NCBI GenBank assembly: GCA_021498095.1
Contig: JAIZWK010000001.1
Location: 1,110,001-1,142,000, forward strand
DNA from: Candidatus Harpocratesius repetitus
GTDB taxonomy: Archaea > Asgardarchaeota > Lokiarchaeia > Sigyniarchaeales > Promethearchaeaceae
DNA length: 32,000 bases
Direction of reading: 5' to 3'
In this document: positions 9,389 through 19,372 of the stretch, one piece after another
Numbering within the stretch: the stretch's first letter is position 1
How the letters are laid out: each line of letters begins with the position of its first letter
Translations under genes and position numbers: made by a program
Notes under the pieces: generated by a model
Told to the model about the DNA's origin: nothing
What the model saw: only the letters and a program-made list of their open reading frames with translations
Database searches by the model: none

Positions 9389-10156
9389 CTATGTTTGAGT
9401 TGAATCAGATGATTTTTCGATGTCTTTTATTATTTCTTTAGTACATTCCGGACAATAACTGTGTGAAACTTGAACATCATTATATTTTGCTAAATATTCT
9501 TCTAATTGTTCCCAATAACCTTCATCTGTCCGAATTTTTTTGCATTTTGCACAAATTGGTAATATTTTTCGTAATTCTTTAATCTCATTTTGAGCTTCTT
9601 CATATTTTTCGAGTAAACTTTTGCGTTTTGGTGGTAGTAAATAACGGATAAATGGAATTTGCTTTGAAGTGAGCTCTTCCAATTTAGAATGAAAAAAGAA
9701 CAAGTAAATAAATATAAACAACCCAAATCCGGTTCCAAAAATGACTTTTGCTAAAATGCTAAATTTTAAAGAATAATTAGAATCTGGGACGAGAATATTT
9801 ATTCCACAGGGATAGAGAATTCCATCAAGAATCAAAACAGCCACATATTCTCCTATTATTATAAGTGATACTGCAATACGATTCTTAACCTTTGATAAAA
9901 ATTGTCTTATAATTATTAGTTGAAGCAAAATTTCACCAGAAATAAGCACAAATGAATATAACACCGATTTATATGAAAATTCAATTAAGATTTTTGAATA
10001 ATCAAGAAATATCACATTTGATGATGAAGTAAAAATTAATGATAAAAATAGAAATATTGCGGAAAAGAATAAATTGAGAATAAAAATATAATATATCAAA
10101 TTTCGGACAATTTCAGGATCCGGATGGGTAATTATTAGAAAAAGAGCAGTGAACAT
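9389..10156 (-). CDS. Multi-pass membrane protein with C-terminal LPICxxCKKIR...W...SHxxCPxC metal-binding module
   Basis: About 5-6 hydrophobic segments, a short coiled coil, then LPICAKCKKIRTDEGYWEQLEEYL...SHSYCPEC. Confidence 0.8.
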   Translation of the reverse strand: MFTALFLIITHPDPEIVRNLIYYIFILNLFFSAIFLFLSLIFTSSSNVIFLDYSKILIEFSYKSVLYSFVLISGEILLQLIIIRQFLSKVKNRIAVSLIIIGEYVAVLILDGILYPCGINILVPDSNYSLKFSILAKVIFGTGFGLFIFIYLFFFHSKLEELTSKQIPFIRYLLPPKRKSLLEKYEEAQNEIKELRKILPICAKCKKIRTDEGYWEQLEEYLAKYNDVQVSHSYCPECTKEIIKDIEKSSDSTQT

Positions 10157-10398
10157 TAATGCGGAATATGCAATATCTCCACCATTTAAGAAAAAATTAT
10201 CAGAAAGTTGACAAAAAATAAGGAAGGATATTTTAGATTTGAATCGGGAGAATTAAGATGATGAAATGAAAAAATTCGAATCTTTGAAATTTAAAATACC
10301 CTCTAATATTTTAGAATTTTTTTTTGAAAAGAAAAAATAATTGAAATATTTTTGAAATTACTTGAAATTTCTTAGAATTATTTTTGAAAATCGTGCTT

Positions 10399-11319
10399 TT
10401 ACCGATGTTTTATTATATTCAGTGCTGCAATCGTACCATCAGATACTGCGGTGGTGATTTGCCACTGAAATTTATCTCGAATATCACCTGCAGCATATAC
10501 TCCAGGGATATTAGTTTCCATTGTTTGCTCATTTATTGAAATATAGCCGTATTTATTTAATTTGACATCAGTTCCTTTGATTAATTCGTTATTTGGTATC
10601 ATTCCAACAAATATAAAAACACCATCTCTTTCTAAGGTTACGTGCTCATGAGTTTTGAGATTTTCGATCTCAACAGCAATCTTGTCCCCTACTGCTTCAA
10701 ATTTTCGTGGTTCGTGAGAATACATAAAAGTGGCTTTAGGGTTACTTGTTACTTTTTCTGCAGTGATTTTTTCTGCTTGGAGTTCATCGAATTGGTGTAT
10801 TACTGTTATTGAATTAACCAATTGAAGTAATAGCAATGATTCTTCCATTGCAGAATTTCCGCCACCAATCACAAAAATATCCTTACCTTTGTAAAAATCA
10901 CCATCACATGTAGCACAATAGGATATTCCATTTCCCGCTAGTTCTTTTTCTCCAGGTAGGTTTAGTAATCTTGGAGATCTTCCTGTTGCTAAAATAAAGA
11001 ATGGCGCTTCAAATTTTTCACCTGAAGTTAGTGTCACCCATTTTTCTTTTGGGGTAAGGTATAGTTCTTTTATATTGCTAATTAATTTAAATTCTGTTCC
11101 ATAGAGTTGAGCTTGCTTGTACATATTTTGTGCAAGTTTATATCCAGGAATTGGTTCAACAAAACCAGGGAAATTTGCAACTTGATGGGTTGTTTTGACT
11201 TGTCCACCTGCTGTGGATTTATCAATTACAAGAACACGAAGTTTAGCACGAGACGCATAAATTGCGGCGGTAAGTCCAGCTGGACCCGCTCCTATTATAA
11301 TTAAATCGTAATTTGTCAT
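10399..11319 (-). CDS. trxB: Thioredoxin-disulfide reductase
   Basis: IIGAGPAGLTAAIY, ATGRSPR, GISYCATCDG, VIGGGNSAMEE, TNIPGVYAAGDI. Confidence 0.95.
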   Translation of the reverse strand: MTNYDLIIIGAGPAGLTAAIYASRAKLRVLVIDKSTAGGQVKTTHQVANFPGFVEPIPGYKLAQNMYKQAQLYGTEFKLISNIKELYLTPKEKWVTLTSGEKFEAPFFILATGRSPRLLNLPGEKELAGNGISYCATCDGDFYKGKDIFVIGGGNSAMEESLLLLQLVNSITVIHQFDELQAEKITAEKVTSNPKATFMYSHEPRKFEAVGDKIAVEIENLKTHEHVTLERDGVFIFVGMIPNNELIKGTDVKLNKYGYISINEQTMETNIPGVYAAGDIRDKFQWQITTAVSDGTIAALNIIKHR

Positions 11320-11485
11320 TTTATCATCATCAAAGAGGTTGATTAGTTATGTATTTACTTTTTATTTTATTATATAGGTAAATTTAAGAGATATTATAAT
11401 TGAAATTAAAAAAAAGAATTAGAAAGGTAATTTTCTAAAAATAAATATTGACTTTTGTAAGATTTATTATCGATTTAATCAAAAT

Positions 11486-11839
11486 TTATGCAAATACTTC
11501 ATTAATAATTGCTTTTACATCGCCTGGTTCTTGAATACTTGAAGTTGCTTTCACAACTTTTCCATTTCGATAATAAATCGTGAATGGTAATCCGCGGAAT
11601 CTTCGAACTTCTGGAAGATTTCGAATGATTGCTGCTTCAGGATGATCGAAAAGAAAATCATTGAACTTAATATCTGGATGCTCACTTTCTAATAATTCCA
11701 TAATTCCGTAAACAGGGACACACATGGGGCCCATTCGGCCACACACAACAACAACTTTCTCATTATTGGCAATCATTTCTTCCAGTTCTGAACTGCTTGT
11801 TATATGATGTAAATTTGTATCTAAGGTTGGATAATTCAT
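11486..11839 (-). CDS. Thioredoxin-fold protein with atypical CGRMGPMC motif (start revised from 11992)
   Basis: GGAGGT SD lies about 10 nt upstream of the ATG at 11839 (MNYPTLDTNL...); VVVVCGRMGPMCVPVY; GLPFTIYYRNGKVV (cis-Pro loop); directly upstream of trxB. Confidence 0.8.
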   Translation of the reverse strand: MNYPTLDTNLHHITSSSELEEMIANNEKVVVVCGRMGPMCVPVYGIMELLESEHPDIKFNDFLFDHPEAAIIRNLPEVRRFRGLPFTIYYRNGKVVKATSSIQEPGDVKAIINEVFA

Positions 11840-12033
11840 TTTATTGAAAACCTCCGATGGATAAATGTGCAAAAAATTTGCACAACCATCTACTTTAACT
11901 AAATCACGCCTTGCATTTAAAGACCTTGATTTTACCATATCTTTCCTTATTTTGTTTTTACAAATAATATTGAAGTTAATTCGACAAATCACTTAAATTT
12001 ATTAAAGTAATATTGATTACAGAAGTGGAATAA

Positions 12034-13737
12034 ATGATAATTAAGTATAATAAAGTTTGTTTAAATTGTAAATTAGATCAACTATTTTGTTTTCTATTTA
12101 TTCTTTTATTTATTATATTTAATTCTATAAACTTTTTGCTTATTTTTATTCTTCTCCCGTATAATTCTAATTTAAACTCTTTAAATAATAAAACATTTAT
12201 TTGTCCCAGAAGTGCTGATGATTCCTTTGAAGATAATGATGATTTTTCTCATGCAAAACTTATTTCTCCAGGTTTTTATGAAGGATTAACTCAAGGTGAT
12301 GAAGATTGGTATAAATTCAATATTGAGAAAAATCAACTATTATCTTTGACTTTGATATATAACTCAAGTAAAGGTTACATTTCTTTCAAATTGATTGATT
12401 CTAATCAAAACTTAATACAATATGGAAGCGAACAAGGGGATATAACAAGCATTACGTACTCAAATTATGCCGTCCAAACATTATATTGTGCTGTCTATGG
12501 AGATAACTCAAATTTAAAATATAATTTAAATTTAACACTATCAAATTCTGACGATGTTTATGAAAACAACGATGACATTTACTCTGCTCCTGAAATATGG
12601 ACTGGCTTTATTGATGACTTAGTAATTATGGATGGTGATGAAGATTGGTTCATGTTCTTTGAAGATTCAGATAAAATGGCCAATTTTACTCTTCAATACA
12701 ATACAAGTCAAGGTGAACTTTATTTATCTATTATCGATCAATCAAATACAATATTGAAATATGATGGAGATCCTAGTGATGGAGTATCATGTACATTTGT
12801 ACCTGATGAAACAACTTACTATTATATCCGTATTTTTGGTTCAAGCGATTACATCAAGTATGGAATAAATTATTCACACCGTTTGGAAGATCCATTTGAA
12901 TGGAATAATAACTATACAGCGGCGGCGGAATTAATTTTCACCGAGAATTTTTATAGTGAAGATTGTTATCTATTTGATCCAGATTGGTATTCGTTGAATC
13001 TTCAATCTGATCTGCAACTATCTCTCTCAATTTCAAGCTTTTCAAGTAACAATTTAAAAATTAATCTATACAACGGTTCTGAAGGTTGTAGTCTACTGAG
13101 TTATTATGAAAAAGAATTCTATTATAATAATGCTAATTTTATTATCGGACCTTATCCGTTTGACTTGCATTTATTTTTCCAAGTCAGTAGTGAGAATTAT
13201 ACTGGAGCGAGCTATTCTTTTAATATAAATAAAATTTTAATAGTTGATGATTTTTATGAAGAAAATGATGACATTTTCAATTCTCGTGAAATATGGAATG
13301 AAATAGATGATTCTTATTTATATTTATTTCCTTATGATGATGATTGGTATAAATTAATCCCAAATGCTGGAGAAGAAAATGGAAAGCGGTTATTTTTTAA
13401 TATCACCACTTCGTTCCTATTAGATGATTTCAATGTGGAAATTTTAGATATGGATGGTATTTCATTAATTAATCTTACGAAAAGTGATAATAATTATTTC
13501 GGAACCTACGATTTGTATTCTAAAATAAATATTCTTATTCATATTTTTGCCAATCATAAAAGCATCGTAAGATACAGTCTAAAAATCACGAGCATTAATA
13601 TCGGGAAATTCTCATATGAAGATCCTTTCGGAATAATTCCAAGCTATTCTATTTTTTGGTTTAGTATTATTTCTTTGCTTAATGTTTCATATCTATTTAT
13701 AAAAAAAAATAGATGTATTTCCCGTGAATTTAGATGA
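12034..13737 (+). CDS. Surface/secreted protein with four PPC-like beta-sandwich repeats and C-terminal sorting-signal-like tail
   Basis: N-terminal hydrophobic stretch; repeats DDSFEDNDD..DEDWYKF, DDVYENNDD..DEDWFMF, EDPFEWNNN..DPDWYSL, DDFYEENDD..DDDWYKL; tail IPSYSIFWFSIISLLNVSYLFIKK. Confidence 0.8.
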   Translation: MIIKYNKVCLNCKLDQLFCFLFILLFIIFNSINFLLIFILLPYNSNLNSLNNKTFICPRSADDSFEDNDDFSHAKLISPGFYEGLTQGDEDWYKFNIEKNQLLSLTLIYNSSKGYISFKLIDSNQNLIQYGSEQGDITSITYSNYAVQTLYCAVYGDNSNLKYNLNLTLSNSDDVYENNDDIYSAPEIWTGFIDDLVIMDGDEDWFMFFEDSDKMANFTLQYNTSQGELYLSIIDQSNTILKYDGDPSDGVSCTFVPDETTYYYIRIFGSSDYIKYGINYSHRLEDPFEWNNNYTAAAELIFTENFYSEDCYLFDPDWYSLNLQSDLQLSLSISSFSSNNLKINLYNGSEGCSLLSYYEKEFYYNNANFIIGPYPFDLHLFFQVSSENYTGASYSFNINKILIVDDFYEENDDIFNSREIWNEIDDSYLYLFPYDDDWYKLIPNAGEENGKRLFFNITTSFLLDDFNVEILDMDGISLINLTKSDNNYFGTYDLYSKINILIHIFANHKSIVRYSLKITSINIGKFSYEDPFGIIPSYSIFWFSIISLLNVSYLFIKKNRCISREFR

Positions 13738-14525
13738 TTATGGTGAACAAAATGCGAATTGGAACTTTGATCTCAGGAATTTTATGTTGGATCTTTACAG
13801 TTATACAACTTCTGTATATATTACCTGTAACACAATCAGCTACGGCATATATGGTTAATTATACTGATACTGATTTAACATTTTCTGAAATGAAAGGTGC
13901 AATTGCATTGTCGACCATGGAGAAAGCTACACCAATTATGATTTTTTTTATGTTAGTCTATCTCTCTTGGATTATGTTTTACTTTCAGACATTCTCGACT
14001 CGGAAAGGAATTATTATTATTGGCGCTATATGTTCTATAATAGGAACATTAGCTTTTATGTTAACTTGGTTAATTAACCAAATGTATTTAGATCTTTATA
14101 AAATTTCATGCGGAATTTTTACATTAGGAATGCTTATGTTTGGATTTGGGATGATTTCTTATCAAGATCGTTTTAAAATTGGTACTTTTATAGGACCACT
14201 AATGGCTCTTATTAGTATATGTGTTTTTGGAATAATGGGAATTTCATTTGAATACGATTTAGGTAATCGCTCACCTTTGGATTTAGAAGAATTTATTAAT
14301 TTACACCTTATCATTCAGAATGTCTATTCTTTTTTAATTGGGGGTTTCGCAGTCCTTTTCGCTTTTTCAAAACGATATTTATATGAAAAATATGATGAAG
14401 AAGAGTTAACGCCAGAAAAAAGTGTATTTGCTAGTTACATAGCATTTAAACCATCAAAAGACATTAAACAAGAGAAGAGAAGAAAAAAGCAAAAACAAAA
14501 AACAAAAATTGATTTTGATTTTTAA
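13734..14525 (+). CDS. Uncharacterised multi-pass membrane protein
   Basis: About 6-7 hydrophobic segments, basic C-terminus; ATGA overlap with the upstream gene. Confidence 0.75.
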   Translation: MIMVNKMRIGTLISGILCWIFTVIQLLYILPVTQSATAYMVNYTDTDLTFSEMKGAIALSTMEKATPIMIFFMLVYLSWIMFYFQTFSTRKGIIIIGAICSIIGTLAFMLTWLINQMYLDLYKISCGIFTLGMLMFGFGMISYQDRFKIGTFIGPLMALISICVFGIMGISFEYDLGNRSPLDLEEFINLHLIIQNVYSFLIGGFAVLFAFSKRYLYEKYDEEELTPEKSVFASYIAFKPSKDIKQEKRRKKQKQKTKIDFDF

Positions 14526-14536
14526 TTTTTAGAAAT

Positions 14537-15058
14537 TTATAGAGTAGATCCACAGTAGGGGCAGTACTTTGCATTTTGATGTTCTGTTATCTTGGTTCCA
14601 CATTCTTTACAGAATACAGGATGTATCAGTTCTTCATTTGGACTTTCAACTGGATTATTTTGATTGATTAAATTCATGCTATTTGATTGGTTAGCAATTG
14701 CTACAAGTTGCATTTCACCGGTTGTTTCTGAAAAGGAACCTTGTAAATCTCCTGATGCGCGTAGATCTAAAATTATTGCTTTTATATCCTTCTTTGAAAT
14801 TCCAGTATTATCTTGAATTTCTTCTAAAGTAACATTTGGTTTATGTATAAATTCCGAGAGAACAATTCTGCGTAATTTTTTCCTATTGATTATGGCATAA
14901 TATTGAGTAGAAAATATGCTTAAAGCTATACCTATCCAAATCAATCCTATCCATGATTTTTCAATTATTGTAGTTATGCCCCAGTATGCAAAGGCACCAC
15001 CAATTATTAAACTGCAATATGAAAATCCTTCAGAATATTGGTTTTTTTCGTATTTCAT
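14537..15058 (-). CDS. 2-TM protein with winged-helix (PCI-like) segment and C-terminal Zn ribbon
   Basis: Two TM helices; VTLEEIQDNTGISKKDIKAIILDLRASGDLQGSF (wHTH); CKECG...CPYCG. Confidence 0.8.
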   Translation of the reverse strand: MKYEKNQYSEGFSYCSLIIGGAFAYWGITTIIEKSWIGLIWIGIALSIFSTQYYAIINRKKLRRIVLSEFIHKPNVTLEEIQDNTGISKKDIKAIILDLRASGDLQGSFSETTGEMQLVAIANQSNSMNLINQNNPVESPNEELIHPVFCKECGTKITEHQNAKYCPYCGSTL

Positions 15059-15251
15059 ATAATTTCACTCCGTGAAAAAAGTGATATAATCATTTTTTTT
15101 TATTACATCCTTTTTAAGATATCTACAAATTAAAAAGAAATGGAATCCATTTTTTAGCAATAAATTTCTAGTAAAAAATAATCCATTATCATTAATGATT
15201 ATAAAATTTTTTAGGCTTTTAAAGTACAATTTTATTAAGAGAAGAACAACC

Positions 15252-17378
15252 ATGGATGGGGAAGAATATCGAGTATCAGCAAAAAAAATCATACAAAACC
15301 TATCATTTGGAAACTCTCAATTTATTCAAAAAATCAAAGAAGATATTTCTATTAGGCTAAATCAGACAGATTATCCATTCGAACTATTTATGGAGATAAT
15401 AGAATATAAAGAATTATGGAATAATCAGGAATTCAAAGTGATTAATGATCAATTACAATTGTTATTTGAATGGGCTAAAAAAAATTCATTAGAAGGTATT
15501 GAGATTAAATTTCATGTCGCAAAAATTAGATTTTTTATTAATATTTCAAAATTTCATGATGCTATTTCATATATTCGCTAAATTCTCCCCAAAATTGAAA
15601 GAGTTCACGATTTACCATTAATAGGTTTGACATATAGTTATCAAATATTAGCATACCAACGTTTAGGGCAATTTAATAAAGCAATCGCTAACGGTACCAA
15701 AGTTATAGAGCGATTGGAGAAAGAACCTAAAAAAATTGAATTCGATCTAGTATTAATTCGCTTATATAACAATTTAGCAATTTCCTATGAAATGATTGGT
15801 TTAGTAACCCATGCAGAAAAGTATTATCACAAATCTCACGAATTTTGTAAAAAATATCAATTTATAAAAGGACTTATAATTACTCTAAGTAATTTAGGTG
15901 ATACTGCCCTAATCCAAGGAAAATATCAAAAAGCACAAAATTATTATGAAAAAGCAATAGAACAATGTGATCATATACAAGATTTAAGATTAATGGGATT
16001 GCTTTTGAAAAATTCTGCAAAAATCTGGATTGAACGTGGAAAATTTAATAAAGCAGAACGTTTATTACAAAATGCAATTGAATTATTAAAAACAAATCAA
16101 TATTATAACCAACTTATCGATGCTTATCTATTATATGCTAATCTACATATTTTAAAGGGAAATTTTAAGCAAGCTCTTATCTTTTTAAAAAAAGGAAATC
16201 AATTCATTTTAGAATACAATATTCGAGATAGGGAGATCTCTATTTTATTGATGATGGCGGAAGTTTGGTTGAATATGGGTGATATTGATAAATCTTATAA
16301 TTATTTAAAAGAAGTAGACAAAATACTATTAAAAACAAATAATATTGCAGGTGAAGCTGCAATTTTATTACAAAAAGCTCGGATAAACTTACGTCAAAAT
16401 CAATTCAATGAAACTGATTTGAGCCTTTATAGAGCAAGTGTATATGGGGAGCGTGCTTCTAATATTGATTTACAATTTAATATTAAATTGCTTCAGGCGC
16501 AAAGTTATATCACACAATATCGCTTATCCAATAATAATTCTTATCTTTTAAAAGTCAAATCAGTTCTTCAAAATTTAGAATCGTTTACAAATGAAAGGAA
16601 TTTAATTCCTAAGAATATCAGTGTTAAAACCATTTTAGGCCTTTATTATTTAATTATCAAGAAATACGAAATTAGTTTTGATCTATTTTCTCAAGCATTC
16701 AAATTAGCTGAAATGATAAATAATCCAACAAAAATAAAATTACTTCAACTATGTATGAATATTGCAAAAAATGCAATTGATAAATCTAAATTTGGAAAAA
16801 TTTCTTCACTAGAGATAATTAATACCGAAGGTTTTTTTATTTCTTTTATTTTAGATGAGCTAAAGCAGATTACTCAAAATATTGATCATCAAAATGAACA
16901 GAATATTAAAAAAACCAATTTTCCAATAATCATTTACCGTATAGATGAAAAAGAGGGAATTATTGTCGAAAAAACCTTCAAATTAAATGAAAATGATCCA
17001 AATTGGCAAAGTAATATTACTTTATGTGGCACATTATATGCAACAGCATTAGGGCAAGGTAATTATTACCATGAAGGTTTATTTGGAGCTTTACCATTTG
17101 GTAATTTGAATTATCGAGCAATGATTTATGCACAGACAAATGTTCTTCTTGAGAATAATAGCAAAAATAAGAAAAATTATCTACACTCTAAACATCAAGA
17201 TTATTTTTTAGTTACCTTTCTATTTCCTCTTAGATTTAGCCATAAATTTACAGATATTTCACGTTTTGAACCAATATTTAGGAAATATTTCAAATCTATT
17301 CGTTGTTATTCTGATTTTTCTTCCCAATGGTTAAATTCTCTTCAACAAGCCATTTTATCAAATATCTCTGAGCTTTAA
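15252..17378 (+). pseudogene. TPR-repeat protein with C-terminal alpha/beta (longin-like) domain, interrupted by one in-frame TAA
   Basis: ORFs 15195..15581 and 15627..17378 are in the same frame and the 45 nt between them is open (TAA at 15579-15581, then ATT CTC CCC AAA...). TPR patterns such as RLYNNLAISYEMIG and TLSNLGDTALIQGKYQKAQNYYEKAI. Confidence 0.75.
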
Positions 17379-17521
17379 AATTTCTAATATAACAAAAATT
17401 TCAATAATAAATCGATAGATTCCTTTTTTTATTACAAAGAAATTGTATCTATAATAATGAATGAAGAAATTGTTCATATGAAATTCTCATTTCCTGTTCC
17501 CTTAATTTTCTTTCAAGTTTT

Positions 17522-18205
17522 TTACTGACTCTTGTCTGAGTTGTTTAATTTTTCTATTGGGACAATTGTATGAAATAAAAGATAAGAGAATTTCTCTTTT
17601 CCGAGATTTTGTGGATCAAAAAGATGTTTTTCTTGTAATTCTGCATAGAATTTTTGAGAAAATTCAAACAATCTTGTAAGGTATAATTCACGCTGCTTTT
17701 CTGTCATGACTGAAAGAGACATGAATAGTTTTGGATCTTGAAAGTCAAGAATTTCAACTAAAGGTTTATTAGGATTTTGCGTAATTACCGATAAAATTTT
17801 CTGAGTTTTTTGAATTATTTTAATCATGAATACTAAAATTGAATTGTAAGTCTGGGAAATTGTCTTAAATAACTCTTGTTTTTGGATATCTGAAAGTTTT
17901 TGAAGATCTTGCATTGAATACTTTGGAAATTGAAGTAGTTTTTGCATATTCACTGAATAATATTTAGCTGGAATATGACTTCTCACTTTTACTTCTTTGG
18001 ATTCTTTAATCAATTCACTGCGTTTTAAGAGTTGAAGATGTCGGTGGATTGTCGATCGACTTTTTTGAATATATTCTTCTAATTGACTTAAAGTTAATTC
18101 TTGATAAATGAATAAAGATAGGATAATCTCGAAATTTGTTTCATCTGCCAACAATTTTGTGAGATCATCAATATTTTCTATGTTGTTTTTTTCATTCCCT
18201 GACAT
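17522..18205 (-). CDS. ArsR-like winged-helix transcriptional regulator
   Basis: LLADETNFEIILSL...LTLSQLEEYIQKSRSTIHRHLQLLKRSELI...KYYSV; divergent from the ABC genes. Confidence 0.85.
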   Translation of the reverse strand: MSGNEKNNIENIDDLTKLLADETNFEIILSLFIYQELTLSQLEEYIQKSRSTIHRHLQLLKRSELIKESKEVKVRSHIPAKYYSVNMQKLLQFPKYSMQDLQKLSDIQKQELFKTISQTYNSILVFMIKIIQKTQKILSVITQNPNKPLVEILDFQDPKLFMSLSVMTEKQRELYLTRLFEFSQKFYAELQEKHLFDPQNLGKEKFSYLLFHTIVPIEKLNNSDKSQ

Positions 18206-18279
18206 TTATTTGAAAACTCCTGGCAGTAACAAATTTTAAATGAAAATGTCCCATATATTACATATTTTTTGTATATTTC

Positions 18280-18295
18280 AAAATATATATATTTT
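18280..18295. promoter_or_regulatory. 16-bp perfect palindrome AAAATATATATATTTT in the divergent ArsR/ABC intergenic region
   Basis: Exact inverted symmetry; AT-only, so low information content. Confidence 0.3.
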
Positions 18296-18358
18296 TGGGA
18301 TATATAGAAATAATTTGATTAATATTCAATTTTTAATTAGGAGAGAATACAGAAAAAG

Positions 18359-19372
18359 ATGTCCAAAATATCAACTGTCCCTCAAGAAACTGAAGAGTTC
18401 TCTTTAATAGAAGATGGTTCATTGGATAATAATTCTATTCTTTTAGAATTACGGCAAGTTTCCAAAAAATATGGAGACTTTCCTGCATTAAACTCTATTA
18501 ATTTAAAACTCAGAAAAGGTGAAGTTTTCGGATATATCGGACCCAATGGCGCAGGAAAGACCACGACTATTAAAATAATTGTTGGATTAATCCGAAACTT
18601 TGAAGGAACCATAATATTTAATGGTAAATCTTTGTCAAAATCTGAAGATTCAATTCATCAATTTTTAGGATATCTTCCTCAAGATGTTGGATTTCAATCT
18701 TGGCGTACGGTAAATCACTTACTGGAAACATTTGGAAAATTATCTGGTGTCGCCAAAACTGAATTATCTGCACGTATTGATTCAGTTTTAGAAATGGTTG
18801 GATTAAAAGAAGTAAAGTATAAGAAAATTATTCATCTTTCAGGAGGAATGCAGCAAAAGTTACGGTTAGCACAAGCACTACTTCACAATCCTCCATTTTT
18901 AGTTATGGATGAACCGATGACTGGTCTGGATCCCAGCAGTCGCTATCAAATGAAGAAGATCATTCGCAAATTGGCAGAGCAAGGAATAACAATCTTTCTT
19001 TCAAGTCATATTCTTAGTGAAGTTCAAGATATTGCTGATCGTATAGGAATTCTTAATCGGGGCCGAATACTAAACGTAGGAACGCCACAAGAGCTCCAAA
19101 AGAGATTCATGGTGGATCATCAAATAGAAATCTTACTTGAAGAATCCGACAAAACACAGCCTTCCTTTTCAGAAATTCCAATGGTAACAAAAATCGAAAA
19201 AAAGCGTTCATATCACTATGTAATATCAATTTCCAACACTGCTGACTTAGATTCTGCAATTTCACAAATTTTACAAATGTTGGTAAATCAAAAAAGTGCA
19301 GTTCGAAAAGTAGAGCTGAAGCAACCATCCTTAGAAGAAGTTTATCTAAAATACGTGGAGGAAGATAAATAA
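18359..19372 (+). CDS. ABC exporter ATP-binding subunit
   Basis: GPNGAGKTT, LPQD, LSGGMQQK, VMDEPMTGLDP, SSHIL. Confidence 0.95.
   Translation: MSKISTVPQETEEFSLIEDGSLDNNSILLELRQVSKKYGDFPALNSINLKLRKGEVFGYIGPNGAGKTTTIKIIVGLIRNFEGTIIFNGKSLSKSEDSIHQFLGYLPQDVGFQSWRTVNHLLETFGKLSGVAKTELSARIDSVLEMVGLKEVKYKKIIHLSGGMQQKLRLAQALLHNPPFLVMDEPMTGLDPSSRYQMKKIIRKLAEQGITIFLSSHILSEVQDIADRIGILNRGRILNVGTPQELQKRFMVDHQIEILLEESDKTQPSFSEIPMVTKIEKKRSYHYVISISNTADLDSAISQILQMLVNQKSAVRKVELKQPSLEEVYLKYVEEDK

Noticed and set aside
5395-9738. Antisense ORFs 5395..5580, 5694..6068, 7128..7325, 8638..8949, 8781..9002, 9050..9301, 9502..9738
   Set aside because: Shadows of well-supported opposite-strand genes; the hydrophobic look comes from antisense reading of A-rich codons.
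11840-11992. N-terminal 51 aa of the supplied thioredoxin ORF
   Set aside because: A strong SD precedes the ATG at 11839 and the extension looks like translated intergenic sequence.
15579-15581. Programmed Sec/Pyl readthrough in the TPR gene
   Set aside because: The codon is TAA, not TGA or TAG.
18249-18300. TCCCA...TGGGA inverted pair as an ArsR operator
   Set aside because: Only 5 bp arms about 40 nt apart; too weak to support.
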